From positions 1 through 64,000 of IMG/VR virus record IMGVR_UViG_3300032236_000679: DNA of 64,000 bases. One strand, given 5' to 3'. The notes below the pieces were generated by a model. That model did not search any database and had not been told where the DNA came from. It saw only the letters and a list, made by a program, of their open reading frames with translations. The stretch's first letter is position 1. Each line of letters opens with the position of its first letter. Shown one piece after another: positions 8,270-17,703 of this stretch. The stretch is from a virus. Both the position numbers and the translations under genes were made by a program.

Positions 8270-8458
8270 ATGTTTAAGATTGTAAAGCAAAATAAGAAGC
8301 AAGCAATTGTTAACAGCAATGGAGACATTATCTATTCTCCGCCTCATTTTATCGTTTATAAAGGATACGATCTTACTAAGTTGCTAAATGCAATTAATAA
8401 GAAAGGGTATCGCGACATTGAAGATGTCATATCTTTTGAAAATGGTAAATTAAGGTAA
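8270..8458 (+). CDS. Hypothetical protein
   Basis: 62-aa ORF with strong AAGGAG RBS. Confidence 0.6.
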   Translation: MFKIVKQNKKQAIVNSNGDIIYSPPHFIVYKGYDLTKLLNAINKKGYRDIEDVISFENGKLR

Positions 8459-8462
8459 TATA

Positions 8463-9155
8463 ATGCTTGAGATTTTCAATAATGGTATTACTGATGAGGA
8501 ACTAGATTTTTTACGTTATGAGTTTGACACAATGAAATCTAAGGTAGATTTCCCATTTAAAACTTATATTAATAAAAATGGTTCCATTTACTTTGAAGCA
8601 AATAAAATTGTAGTAGGTGAAAATACTTTTTCGGAAGAAGGAAAGTTTTTAAATTGGGAACGAATAAAGTTATCTGATGAATTATCTAATAAAATTAAAA
8701 ATATTCTACTGAGAAATATGCCTGATCTAGATGATACATTAGTCTTTTATTTTGTTCGTTCATATTATCCACTACGAATTCATTATGATGATAATGATTT
8801 ACGTCAAAAAGGTAATACAATGATAATACCATTGACTTTTGACGAAAATATTAAAACTGTAGTATGGAAACCATATGACAATATTAATGATTTAGAAGAT
8901 TATAAAAGACAATTTTCTAATAATCCAAAAATTTTTGTTCCCACTAAAAGTGTACCAAATGAAATTGATCTAAGCCATTGTTATACTGGCACCAACAAAA
9001 ATTTTGTTTATGCATTAGAGTATGATGGTGCTGCATCTTGGAAGAAAGGCACAGTTTTATCTTTTGGAAGAATGCAGTTTCATGCTAGTAGCAATTTTAA
9101 ATCCACTAGAGAATTTAAAGACTTTGTGTTAATTCACAGTGACAAAATTAACTGA
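8463..9155 (+). CDS. Hypothetical protein, possible 2OG-Fe(II) oxygenase-like
   Basis: LRIHYD...IIPL...W..G....F.R.QFHAS pattern (HxD...H). Confidence 0.5.
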   Translation: MLEIFNNGITDEELDFLRYEFDTMKSKVDFPFKTYINKNGSIYFEANKIVVGENTFSEEGKFLNWERIKLSDELSNKIKNILLRNMPDLDDTLVFYFVRSYYPLRIHYDDNDLRQKGNTMIIPLTFDENIKTVVWKPYDNINDLEDYKRQFSNNPKIFVPTKSVPNEIDLSHCYTGTNKNFVYALEYDGAASWKKGTVLSFGRMQFHASSNFKSTREFKDFVLIHSDKIN

Positions 9156-9167
9156 AAGAAAGAAATA

Positions 9168-10313
9168 ATGAAACGTATTATGTTATTAGGTTCAGGTGAA
9201 CTAGGTAAGGAATTTGTTATCAGTGCAAAGCGTTTAGGATGTCACGTTATTGCAGTAGATAGTTATAAAAATGCACCAGCCATGCAAGTTGCAGATAAGT
9301 CTGAGGTATGCAATATGTTAGATCCAGACTCTCTTAGAGAAGTAATTGATTTCTACAGTCCAGACATTATTGTACCTGAAATCGAAGCCATCAGAACAGA
9401 AGTTCTTAAAGAATTTGAAGATAGCGGAATGCAAGTTGTTCCCAGTGCTAAAGCAGCAAATGCAACTATGAATCGTGACACAATTCGAGATATTGCTACT
9501 GTACTTGGCATTCGCACTGCAAAGTATGCATATGCTGAATCAGCAGAAGAACTTGTAAATGCTACAATAGACATCGGTTATCCAGTTGTAGTTAAGCCTG
9601 TTATGAGTTCTAGTGGTAAAGGACAAAGTGTCGTACGATGCTTTGAAGATATTGCTAATGCTTGGCGATATGCAATGGACAATAGCCGTGGTGATCGTAA
9701 GAAGGTAATTGTTGAGGAGTTTATCAACTTCCATACTGAAATTACACTGCTTACAGTTAAGCAAAAGACGGGGGAAACTATCTTCTGTAATCCAATTGGT
9801 CATGTACAAGAACGTGGCGACTATCAATATAGTTGGCAAAATGGAATGTCATTGGAACATTCTTTAACATATCCTCAACTAGATGAAGCAGAACGTATTG
9901 CAAAACTCATTACTGATGAACTCGGCGGTGCTGGGATATTTGGAATTGAATTCTTTGTTACGCACAATGAGATCATTTTCAGTGAATTGAGTCCCCGTCC
10001 GCACGACACAGGAATGGTTACACTTGTAAGTCAAAATCTTACAGAGTTTGATCTACATGCAAGGGCTATACTAGGGCTTCCTATCCCCGCTATTGAGTAT
10101 AGAAACGGGGCCAGTGCCGTAGTACTGGGAAATGATTACGGGCGTGTACGGGGCTATACGGGCATCGCAGAAGCCATGGATACCCCAGGCATCGACGTTA
10201 GAATTTTTGGTAAAGAAGACAGTAGACCCCATCGCAGAATGGGTGTAGTATTAGGTAAGAATTTGGACGAAACTAGGGCTGCTGCCCAAAAGATCCAAGT
10301 AATCACCAGTTGA
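9168..10313 (+). CDS. purT: Formate-dependent phosphoribosylglycinamide formyltransferase (ATP-grasp)
   Basis: MLLGSGELGKE, EIEAI, VVKPVMSSSGKGQS, SELSPRPHDTGMVT, RLFGK-like RIFGK...RRMGV: full-length PurT signature. Confidence 0.95.
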   Translation: MKRIMLLGSGELGKEFVISAKRLGCHVIAVDSYKNAPAMQVADKSEVCNMLDPDSLREVIDFYSPDIIVPEIEAIRTEVLKEFEDSGMQVVPSAKAANATMNRDTIRDIATVLGIRTAKYAYAESAEELVNATIDIGYPVVVKPVMSSSGKGQSVVRCFEDIANAWRYAMDNSRGDRKKVIVEEFINFHTEITLLTVKQKTGETIFCNPIGHVQERGDYQYSWQNGMSLEHSLTYPQLDEAERIAKLITDELGGAGIFGIEFFVTHNEIIFSELSPRPHDTGMVTLVSQNLTEFDLHARAILGLPIPAIEYRNGASAVVLGNDYGRVRGYTGIAEAMDTPGIDVRIFGKEDSRPHRRMGVVLGKNLDETRAAAQKIQVITS

Positions 10314-10337
10314 CAATAACAAATAGCCTGCTATACT
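10310..10337 (+). promoter_or_regulatory. Early promoter TTGACA-N16-TATACT with extended TG
   Basis: Upstream of the 10353-11654 gene run. Confidence 0.7.
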
Positions 10338-10352
10338 AATAAAGAATTAGGA

Positions 10353-10544
10353 GTGCAGGCTATGAAGATAATTGATCAGCGTATCCAAAAAGAAGAAGTA
10401 AAAGATCTCTCACAAGAGCTGATTGAAACTTTATCATCTGCTCTTGACGAGGACTATGGAGTTATGCTAGAACAAAAGCATCAACAGTTCCTCCAAAACG
10501 AACTACGTCGAATCCTCAGTAAATTCTTTGACATCAAACCCTAA
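10353..10544 (+). CDS. Hypothetical protein
   Basis: 63-aa ORF, AGGAG RBS. Confidence 0.55.
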   Translation: MQAMKIIDQRIQKEEVKDLSQELIETLSSALDEDYGVMLEQKHQQFLQNELRRILSKFFDIKP

Positions 10545-10553
10545 GAGGTTATC

Positions 10554-11003
10554 ATGTTCGCAGGTAAAGTAATTGTATTTGATCTAGACGGTACGATCTG
10601 CAATGTGGATCACAGGCGTCATTGGGTCGCCAGCAAGCCTAAGAACTGGGCTGCATGGGACGCTGGTCTGCCAAATGATACTCCCAACGAGGACATCATT
10701 TGGATGCTGAACAGTTTCCTGGATGCTGGTGATATCCGCATCATTCTGTGCAGTGGTCGTGACAGTCGTCTGCGTGAGGCAACTGAGGTATGGCTGGCAA
10801 AGCACAATGTCTACTACGACTCTCTGTACATGAGAGCAAGCGGTGACAACCGTAAGGACTCAATCGTTAAAGTTGAGCTGCTGCACGACATCCAGCGTGA
10901 CTGGGCTTGGCCTTGGCTGTGGGTGGATGATCGTGATCAGGTTGTCAAAGCAATCCGTGAACAGGGGGTTCGTGTGCTGCAAGTGGCGCCGGGGGATTTC
11001 TAA
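10554..11003 (+). CDS. HAD-family phosphatase resembling the 3'-phosphatase domain of T4 Pnk (PseT)
   Basis: VFDLDGT, CSGR, LYMR...D.R.D..VK, VDDR..VV...R..G...LQV..GDF. Confidence 0.88.
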   Translation: MFAGKVIVFDLDGTICNVDHRRHWVASKPKNWAAWDAGLPNDTPNEDIIWMLNSFLDAGDIRIILCSGRDSRLREATEVWLAKHNVYYDSLYMRASGDNRKDSIVKVELLHDIQRDWAWPWLWVDDRDQVVKAIREQGVRVLQVAPGDF

Positions 11004-11299
11004 TGTCCCTCGGCAAGATGGAAGTATTGGAGCGACCTAAATCAAAGTGGCCATACTGGGTCTTGTATAGTGAAAATTACTCAGATGATTGGGAACATAA
11101 AGTTGATTACCAACATGTTATGTTGAAAATTGATCTAATGAGGAATAAGATTCCCGTTGTTGTTGAACGACAATGGAGTCAATATACGGGATGGCGGGGT
11201 CCTGTTAAGAAGCAATATGGCGTTCTATATAAGTTTCTAAAGGAAGAAGATAGACTAATCTTTCTCATGTCACAGGAGACAAACAATGAACTACACTAA
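11003..11299 (+). CDS. Hypothetical protein
   Basis: Overlaps the upstream stop (TAATG); same operon. Confidence 0.6.
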   Translation: MSLGKMEVLERPKSKWPYWVLYSENYSDDWEHKVDYQHVMLKIDLMRNKIPVVVERQWSQYTGWRGPVKKQYGVLYKFLKEEDRLIFLMSQETNNELH

Positions 11300-11654
11300 T
11301 TATCAGTTAATTAAAACACTGGAGAAGATGGCAGAGGACTGCGGATTTGAGATCCGCCGTTCCAGTTATGGCAGCGAGCATATTAGCCTTATGACTCAAG
11401 ATAAAGAGACTGCTCTTCCTGTATATGCTCGTAATATTGCGCTGTTTAATGGCACAGTGGAAGAGTGTGTGTGCTTCTTACAGGGTTGGTACAAGCAGCG
11501 TGAGTATCTAACTGTACTGCTTAAGTTCAAACCTGATCGTATTAAAGATGCAGAGCAGAAGTTGGTTGAGAAGTATGAGTCAGACCGTGTAATGACTGCT
11601 TTGAAGACTGGTAAAGATATCGGCTTCATGAAAGTAGTATCAGAAGACACTTGA
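11286..11654 (+). CDS. Hypothetical protein
   Basis: 122-aa ORF, AGGAG RBS. Confidence 0.65.
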   Translation: MNYTNYQLIKTLEKMAEDCGFEIRRSSYGSEHISLMTQDKETALPVYARNIALFNGTVEECVCFLQGWYKQREYLTVLLKFKPDRIKDAEQKLVEKYESDRVMTALKTGKDIGFMKVVSEDT

Positions 11655-11678
11655 CACAATAGTATTTGGTGCTATAGT
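11651..11678 (+). promoter_or_regulatory. Early promoter TTGACA-N16-TATAGT with extended TG
   Basis: Directly upstream of the RNA ligase gene. Confidence 0.65.
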
Positions 11679-11700
11679 AGCAATACAAACGAGGTGCAAA

Positions 11701-12909
11701 ATGAATTATCAATTTCCCGTAATTAAGCATTTGGACGATGTTCGCCCTGCAATTGAGGGACGAGATGAATTCATTATTGCTGAACGTGATTGGGGTTATG
11801 TAGTTAACTACATGGTCGCAATGACTGATACTTTCCCGTCAACTTCAGTGACTGATGACATGGGGTTCATTCAGTTTGATTTATGGGCTGCAATTCGTCG
11901 AGAGTGCCGTGGGTTGCTTTTCCATAAGGATGGCACCATTATGGCTCGGCGCTTGCATAAGTTCTTCAATGTCAACGAGCGTGATGAGACTCAGTTTGGA
12001 GTTATCGACTTCTCCAAGCCGCACGTAATACTTGAGAAGCTTGACGGCAGCATGATTACCCCTGTTGTTACTGATGCTGGTATCCGTTGGGGTACTAAGA
12101 TGGGTGTTACTGATGTCAGCATGGGTGCTGAACTGTTCGTTGCTCATCATCCGCAGTACGAGCAGTTTGCTCGTTGGTGCTTGTCTATGCGCCTGACTCC
12201 AATTTTCGAATGGTGTAGCCGCAAGCAGCGTATTGTGATCGACTATCCTGAGGATCGGTTAGTGCTTATCGCACTGCGTGGCACTGAGACTGGCGAGTAT
12301 AAGCAGTATTGTGATCTGATAGTGTTAGGCGAAAAGTTCAACATCGAAGTTGTGAAGACTTATGAGGGTACTGCTGCTAACATGTCTCACCTTATGGATG
12401 AAACTAAGGCTGCGGAAGGTGTTGAAGGATATATCATCCGCTTTGATGATGGGCATATGCTCAAGATCAAGGGCGAGTGGTATCTACGTATCCATAAGAC
12501 TAAGGATAACTTAACTCACGAAAAGAATGTCATTGATCTTCTTGTCAATGAGAAGATGGACGATGTTAAGGCTTTCATGATGGATGAAGACCGTAAGCGT
12601 GTAGATGAGTTTGAAGCTGTGTTCTGGGATGGGTTTGCTCGTCAAGTTGAAGCATACGACAAGTACTTTGGTATGGTGCTTGCTTCAAAGTTAGACCGTA
12701 AGGAATATGCTTTGAAGTGGATGCCTACTATTAAGGATCAGGATCCCTTTGCTGCTCAGATTGTCTTTGGCAAGTTTGACGGTAAAGATACTTGGGCTAT
12801 GATGCTGGACATTGTTCGTAAGAATACTGGAACGCAGACTAAGATTGATACTGTGCGCCATCTTTGGGGCGGCGCACAGTGGAACTATCACTTTGTAGGT
12901 GATGCTTAA
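11701..12909 (+). CDS. rnlA: RNA ligase 1 (T4 RnlA-like)
   Basis: RECRGL.F, KFFN.NE, EKLDGS (adenylation KxDG), T.IFEW, EGYII, KIK motifs. Confidence 0.92.
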   Translation: MNYQFPVIKHLDDVRPAIEGRDEFIIAERDWGYVVNYMVAMTDTFPSTSVTDDMGFIQFDLWAAIRRECRGLLFHKDGTIMARRLHKFFNVNERDETQFGVIDFSKPHVILEKLDGSMITPVVTDAGIRWGTKMGVTDVSMGAELFVAHHPQYEQFARWCLSMRLTPIFEWCSRKQRIVIDYPEDRLVLIALRGTETGEYKQYCDLIVLGEKFNIEVVKTYEGTAANMSHLMDETKAAEGVEGYIIRFDDGHMLKIKGEWYLRIHKTKDNLTHEKNVIDLLVNEKMDDVKAFMMDEDRKRVDEFEAVFWDGFARQVEAYDKYFGMVLASKLDRKEYALKWMPTIKDQDPFAAQIVFGKFDGKDTWAMMLDIVRKNTGTQTKIDTVRHLWGGAQWNYHFVGDA

Positions 12910-13157
12910 TGTATGTTTGCTGTGACTGCGACAAACTATTTACTAGCGATCCACGATGCTTATGTTGTGGTGCTGAACGGCTAAGGGATGTTACAGTTCA
13001 CAGTTTAATGGCCAGAGTCGAGCGTCAACAATCTCGTATAATAAGATTAGAAGAAAAGATAATTCAAGCCGTTAGATACTTAGAGCAAGCCGCTTACTTT
13101 GAAGAAGCAGATAAAATATACACAGTTATAAAAAACTTCAGGATAACACATGAGTAA
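12909..13157 (+). CDS. Hypothetical protein with N-terminal Zn ribbon
   Basis: CCDC...CLCC, then a coiled-coil-like stretch; TAATG coupling. Confidence 0.55.
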   Translation: MYVCCDCDKLFTSDPRCLCCGAERLRDVTVHSLMARVERQQSRIIRLEEKIIQAVRYLEQAAYFEEADKIYTVIKNFRITHE

Positions 13158-13665
13158 TATTTTTGTTATCAGCGATACACATTTTGGTCATGCTAACATT
13201 CTAAGATTTACAGATGGTACAACTGGACTTCGTATACGTCCTCAATTCAACACTGTAGAGGAAATGGATGAATATATAGTTGAACGCTGGAATTCAGTTG
13301 TAAATGACAGTGATATAGTGTATCATCTTGGCGATGTTTACTTTGAACATGGGCACAAAGTATTACCTAGACTTAAGGGGCGCAAGCGTTTAATATTAGG
13401 CAATCACGACAATGGTAAAGCAAGTTACATACAGGTTAACTTTCAAAAAGTTCTAATGTGGCGTATGTTTCCAGAGTTTAATTGCGTACTCACTCATGTT
13501 CCTATTCATGAGAGTAACATGGGCAAAGTACAGTATAATATACATGGACACATACATCAAAATCCAAGCCCAGGGCCACGTTATATTAACTGTAGTGTCG
13601 AAGCAATAGATTATACACCGCGTGCAATAGAGGAGATAGTAGCAGATGCAGATCGAAATCAGTGA
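13150..13665 (+). CDS. Calcineurin-like metallophosphoesterase
   Basis: SDTHFGH, HLGD, GNHD, HGHIH motifs. Confidence 0.9.
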   Translation: MSNIFVISDTHFGHANILRFTDGTTGLRIRPQFNTVEEMDEYIVERWNSVVNDSDIVYHLGDVYFEHGHKVLPRLKGRKRLILGNHDNGKASYIQVNFQKVLMWRMFPEFNCVLTHVPIHESNMGKVQYNIHGHIHQNPSPGPRYINCSVEAIDYTPRAIEEIVADADRNQ

Positions 13666-13885
13666 TGAGACTATGGATGGTATTGTTAAGGATATCCTAG
13701 TTAAAGATTATATTGGATTTATTAGGCGTGTTAAAGAATTGGAAGCAATTGAAAATCCTAAGCCTTGGCAGCAGGAAGATTTAGATAATGAGCGCCATTA
13801 TCTAGCAGCAATGAAAACTATGCTTACATACTATATGGACTTTGATTCTTATACGGAGTTGTTTCGTGAAACTTCAAATAGTTAG
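13646..13885 (+). CDS. Hypothetical protein
   Basis: 79-aa ORF overlapping both neighbours, GAGGAG RBS. Confidence 0.6.
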   Translation: MQIEISDETMDGIVKDILVKDYIGFIRRVKELEAIENPKPWQQEDLDNERHYLAAMKTMLTYYMDFDSYTELFRETSNS

Positions 13886-14651
13886 TGATCTACATCTAGA
13901 ATTTAATGACGTGACTATTAATAACGCTGGCGCAGACATTCTCTGTCTCGCTGGCGATATTTCTTTAGCCAAAGATTTACATAAGAATAATGAAAAAGGC
14001 GAAAAGTATCGTCAATTCTTTGACCATGTATCAAAAGAATTTGATACTGTACTTTACATCATGGGTAATCATGAACATTATAGCGGAAGGTGGAATAACA
14101 CTGCTGCTCATCTACGCGAAGCATTGGATCCATGGCATAACATTCATCTCATGGATGATGGTTGGCTTAACTTTGGTAATACTCGTATCGTTGGCACAAG
14201 CCTTTGGACTAATCTAAACAAAGGCGATCCAATTACTATGATGCATATCAAAGGCATGATGAATGACTATCATGTTATTACAATTGAGCGTAATGGAGTT
14301 TATCATAAACTGCGTCCCATTGATACTTTTGAAGCGCATGGTCGTGCTGTAGAAACTATCAAACTTGCTTGCGAGACATGGGATGGTAATGTTGTTGTAC
14401 TTGGACATCACGCACCCAGTCGTCAAAGTGTTCACGAACGATATAAGCATGATTGGGCAATGAATGGTGGCTATGTTAGTGATTTAGATGATTATATTCT
14501 AAGTCAGGAAAAAATTAAACTATGGATACATGGACATGTTCATAATAGTTTTGACTATATGATTGGGCAGTGCCGTGTTGTATGCAATCCACATGGTTAC
14601 CATGATGAGAATGCTATTAACTTTAATCCTAATTTGATAGTTGATGTATAA
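13866..14651 (+). CDS. Second calcineurin-like metallophosphoesterase
   Basis: SDLHLE, AGD, GNHE, GHHAP, HGHVH, NPHGY; probable GTG start at 13866. Confidence 0.88.
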   Translation: MKLQIVSDLHLEFNDVTINNAGADILCLAGDISLAKDLHKNNEKGEKYRQFFDHVSKEFDTVLYIMGNHEHYSGRWNNTAAHLREALDPWHNIHLMDDGWLNFGNTRIVGTSLWTNLNKGDPITMMHIKGMMNDYHVITIERNGVYHKLRPIDTFEAHGRAVETIKLACETWDGNVVVLGHHAPSRQSVHERYKHDWAMNGGYVSDLDDYILSQEKIKLWIHGHVHNSFDYMIGQCRVVCNPHGYHDENAINFNPNLIVDV

Positions 14652-14847
14652 TCCGCAGAATGATTTAAAACTTACAAAAGACGAAGCAATTGCTCACATG
14701 CAAGTGCTTCGTCGTGAAATTAATATACTTAAGAGCCGTATTACAATGCATGACAGCGGCCATCTCTATACTACCATAAATGTGCTCGAAGAACGCTGCG
14801 GTGAGTGTATGAGAATTGTATTTGCAGAGGATGACATTTCTCACTAA
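14641..14847 (+). CDS. Hypothetical protein
   Basis: 68-aa ORF coupled to the preceding gene. Confidence 0.5.
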   Translation: MMYNPQNDLKLTKDEAIAHMQVLRREINILKSRITMHDSGHLYTTINVLEERCGECMRIVFAEDDISH

Positions 14848-14872
14848 ATATACTTTTACTGAGAGATAGTAC

Positions 14873-16972
14873 ATGCGCCTTATTGAAATTTTTGAAGAAA
14901 AACTTGATGAAGTAAGCATGAGTCCAGGCGCATTAGCGGACTTTGCTAAATCAGAATTTGCACAAGCAATGACTGCTGGTTTCGAAGCAGAACTTGTTAT
15001 TCCCGATGCTCAAAGTGATGAAGACGGTGAGATGGAACCAGACTGGGACCAAGATACTCGCTGCCGTAGTACTCAGGATATCCGTGACTTCTTCGAAGGC
15101 GACTATAACAGCAGCAGACAAATTGATCGTGCCATTGAACAAATTGATGAAGAGTTCTTTGAATATGCCGACGAGCAGATAAGAAATGATTTTGAAGAAG
15201 ATGAACGAGACAACATGATTGAAGAAATTCTCAAGGATATGGGTAAAAGTCCTGAGGAAATTGAAGATATCATGGGAAATGCCAGCAGTAAAGAATATGA
15301 TCAAGCTGAAAGTTCAGCATGGGAAGAATATAGGGAGAACGCTGATTACGATCAATATGTAAGAATGTTCTTTGATCGCAACTATCGTTACATGAGTGAT
15401 GTTGCTAATTCCGTCAATTTAGATTGGCCACATTATACAGGCGGTCTAGGAAGCGGTGATGGCCAGTCAGCAGAAGAAATTGCTGCTGACATTGCGTCCT
15501 CAATTGGTATGCCAGTTAAAGCAAGTGGCGGCTATCATGGCACAAAGCGTGGCACTGGGTTCTTTATTTTGGAGCCAGACAGCAGTATCGATTATGATGC
15601 CGGCAACGATGAAGCAGGTCTTGAACTTGTAAGTCCTCCAATGCCCTTAGCACAATGCTTAGAATACTTAGATAAAGTATTTGCATGGGCTGAACAGCGT
15701 GGTTGTAGAACTAATAAATCAACCGGTTTCCATATGGGAATTAGTATTCCAGATCAGTCAAGAGAGAATGTAGATCATCTTAAATTTACATTGTTCCTTG
15801 GCGATGACTATGTTCTTAAGCAGTTTGGCCGAGAGTCAAACACATATGCTAAGAGCATGATGAAGGAAATGACTCAAAAATTAAAGAATCTAAGTGCTGG
15901 ATCTGGCAGGATGGATGCTGAAAGTATGCTACGTACTTTTAAAGATGGGTTGAATTCATCTGCTGCTAAGTTTGTAAAAACATCATTGACTACAACACAT
16001 GATCGTTATGTGACCGTTAATATCAAAGACAAGTATATTGAAGTTCGCAGTGCTGGCGGAGATTACCTAGGTGACTTACCAAAGATTAAGAACACACTGC
16101 TACGTTATGTTCGTGCTATGGCTCTTGCTGCTGATCCTGAAGCAGAAAAGCAGGAATATGCTAAGAAGTTGTACAAGTTTCTAAGTCCAATGGTTCGTGG
16201 CGATGAAGACATCATTAAGTATTTCACACAGTTTAGTGCTGGCACATTACCTTCTACTGCTCTTAAGAGTTTCATTAGACAAGCACAGATGAAACGTGGT
16301 AATAAAAAACTTGCGGGCGAGAAGGGCGGCTTAGGTGAAGGACCTAACCTATATCTATTCAAATACTATAGTGTTGTTGATCCAGCAGATGATCCTGAAA
16401 AATTTACCATAAATGTTCGTGGCGATAGCCGTCGTAGTGCTATTGCTAACTTTAGAAAGAAGTTTGAGGAAGGCGATTACAATATCTTAGAGATTAAAGA
16501 TATTGATATCACTGATAATAGTGCTGCACAAGCACAAGCACGGGCCAGTGCTGAAGCATCTAATCTCTACAGAATGACAGACAATTACGGCGCTTATTTG
16601 GCAACTATAACTGCTGACAATGTCATGGACGCTTATACTAAGGCTACTCAAAAAGCAAGTCACGCAGGATTAGAAGCAGGTACTTGGAAATTAATGGGTC
16701 CAGGCGGTCGTCAAATATATCCTGAACCATCTTCAAGAGTTGTATCTGTTGGACCTAGACAAGACGATGACATTCCAGAACTTCCCGGCGAGTTTGTAGA
16801 TGATCCAATGGATAATGAGCCCTCTACGTATATCATCAAATACACTGATATAAGTGGAGAACGACATCAAACTGCTATAGATGCTAACAGTGCAGAAGAA
16901 GCACGTCAATGGTTTATGTCTAATCATCCAGTCACATATCATGTAACTGACATTTATCGACGTCGTGTTTAA
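14873..16972 (+). CDS. Putative amidoligase (COOH-NH2 ligase type 2) with acidic insert and C-terminal repeats
   Basis: AGFEAEL, EPDSSI, ELVSPP, STGFHMGIS, Y.TVN, IEVRSAGG motifs of the Amidoligase_2 fold. Confidence 0.8.
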   Translation: MRLIEIFEEKLDEVSMSPGALADFAKSEFAQAMTAGFEAELVIPDAQSDEDGEMEPDWDQDTRCRSTQDIRDFFEGDYNSSRQIDRAIEQIDEEFFEYADEQIRNDFEEDERDNMIEEILKDMGKSPEEIEDIMGNASSKEYDQAESSAWEEYRENADYDQYVRMFFDRNYRYMSDVANSVNLDWPHYTGGLGSGDGQSAEEIAADIASSIGMPVKASGGYHGTKRGTGFFILEPDSSIDYDAGNDEAGLELVSPPMPLAQCLEYLDKVFAWAEQRGCRTNKSTGFHMGISIPDQSRENVDHLKFTLFLGDDYVLKQFGRESNTYAKSMMKEMTQKLKNLSAGSGRMDAESMLRTFKDGLNSSAAKFVKTSLTTTHDRYVTVNIKDKYIEVRSAGGDYLGDLPKIKNTLLRYVRAMALAADPEAEKQEYAKKLYKFLSPMVRGDEDIIKYFTQFSAGTLPSTALKSFIRQAQMKRGNKKLAGEKGGLGEGPNLYLFKYYSVVDPADDPEKFTINVRGDSRRSAIANFRKKFEEGDYNILEIKDIDITDNSAAQAQARASAEASNLYRMTDNYGAYLATITADNVMDAYTKATQKASHAGLEAGTWKLMGPGGRQIYPEPSSRVVSVGPRQDDDIPELPGEFVDDPMDNEPSTYIIKYTDISGERHQTAIDANSAEEARQWFMSNHPVTYHVTDIYRRRV

Positions 16973-17025
16973 TTCATTGACATCAACTATATAAACCTTT
17001 ATAAACATAGTACAGGAGTTTAGTA

Positions 17026-17208
17026 ATGCAAGCACAAGCAACAGCACCCTCTGATAATTACAGCCTTGAAACTATGATACGGTATGCTTTCCATTACGAA
17101 GTTCAAAACACACTCCAAACCAAACCAAACCAAAATGATCCCGAATTGAAAACGGTTATTGAGTATATGCAGCGTCGAATTGACGAAATTGCTAAGAAAT
17201 ACAAGTAA
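17026..17208 (+). CDS. Hypothetical protein
   Basis: 60-aa ORF, AGGAG RBS. Confidence 0.55.
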   Translation: MQAQATAPSDNYSLETMIRYAFHYEVQNTLQTKPNQNDPELKTVIEYMQRRIDEIAKKYK

Positions 17209-17241
17209 CTTCTGTAACTAAAATTGTTACAAAAATATCGG

Positions 17242-17269
17242 TTGACGACCATTCATATTATGCTATACT
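17242..17269 (+). promoter_or_regulatory. Early promoter TTGACG-N16-TATACT with extended TG
   Basis: Upstream of ORF 17321. Confidence 0.65.
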
Positions 17270-17320
17270 AATTGAGTAAGTTGAGCGTGGGGTTCAACTA
17301 CTAACAAATGGAGTAGTTAA

Positions 17321-17587
17321 ATGGATAAGGTGTTTTCGGTTGCGGGCGTTTCTACGCTCAATGGTGTTGTGAAGTATCGTGTTGCTAATTCGCTTAAGCG
17401 TGAGGCAATTCTTAAGAAGTCTGGTCATACTGACATTAAGTTGATCGAACTTCCCAATCCTATGACCAAGGAAGATGCATTTGCTTTTATTGCAGCACAT
17501 GTCGACTTCCAGGCTGTTAAGCCCACTGCCAAGGGTGGTGTTTCCCCCAAGGTCAAGACTGACAAGACTGTTGCAAAGGCAGCGTAA
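17321..17587 (+). CDS. Hypothetical basic protein
   Basis: GGAG RBS, codon usage typical of highly expressed genes, followed by a strong terminator. Confidence 0.7.
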   Translation: MDKVFSVAGVSTLNGVVKYRVANSLKREAILKKSGHTDIKLIELPNPMTKEDAFAFIAAHVDFQAVKPTAKGGVSPKVKTDKTVAKAA

Positions 17588-17640
17588 ACTACAAATTATA
17601 ATTGGCTGCGGCTATAGAAATAAAATTTGATGTAGTATCT

Positions 17641-17665
17641 GGGGGCTTCGGCCCCCTATTTTTTT
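17641..17665 (+). terminator. Rho-independent terminator
   Basis: GGGGGC-TTCG-GCCCCC hairpin (cUUCGg loop) followed by TATTTTTTT. Confidence 0.9.
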
Positions 17666-17680
17666 GACTGGGTGCAATCC

Positions 17681-17688
17681 AATAAATA
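17681..17688 (+). promoter_or_regulatory. Late promoter (AATAAATA)
   Basis: T4 late-promoter-like motif between the terminator and the neck gene RBS. Confidence 0.6.
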
Positions 17689-17703
17689 CTACGAGGATTA
17701 GCC

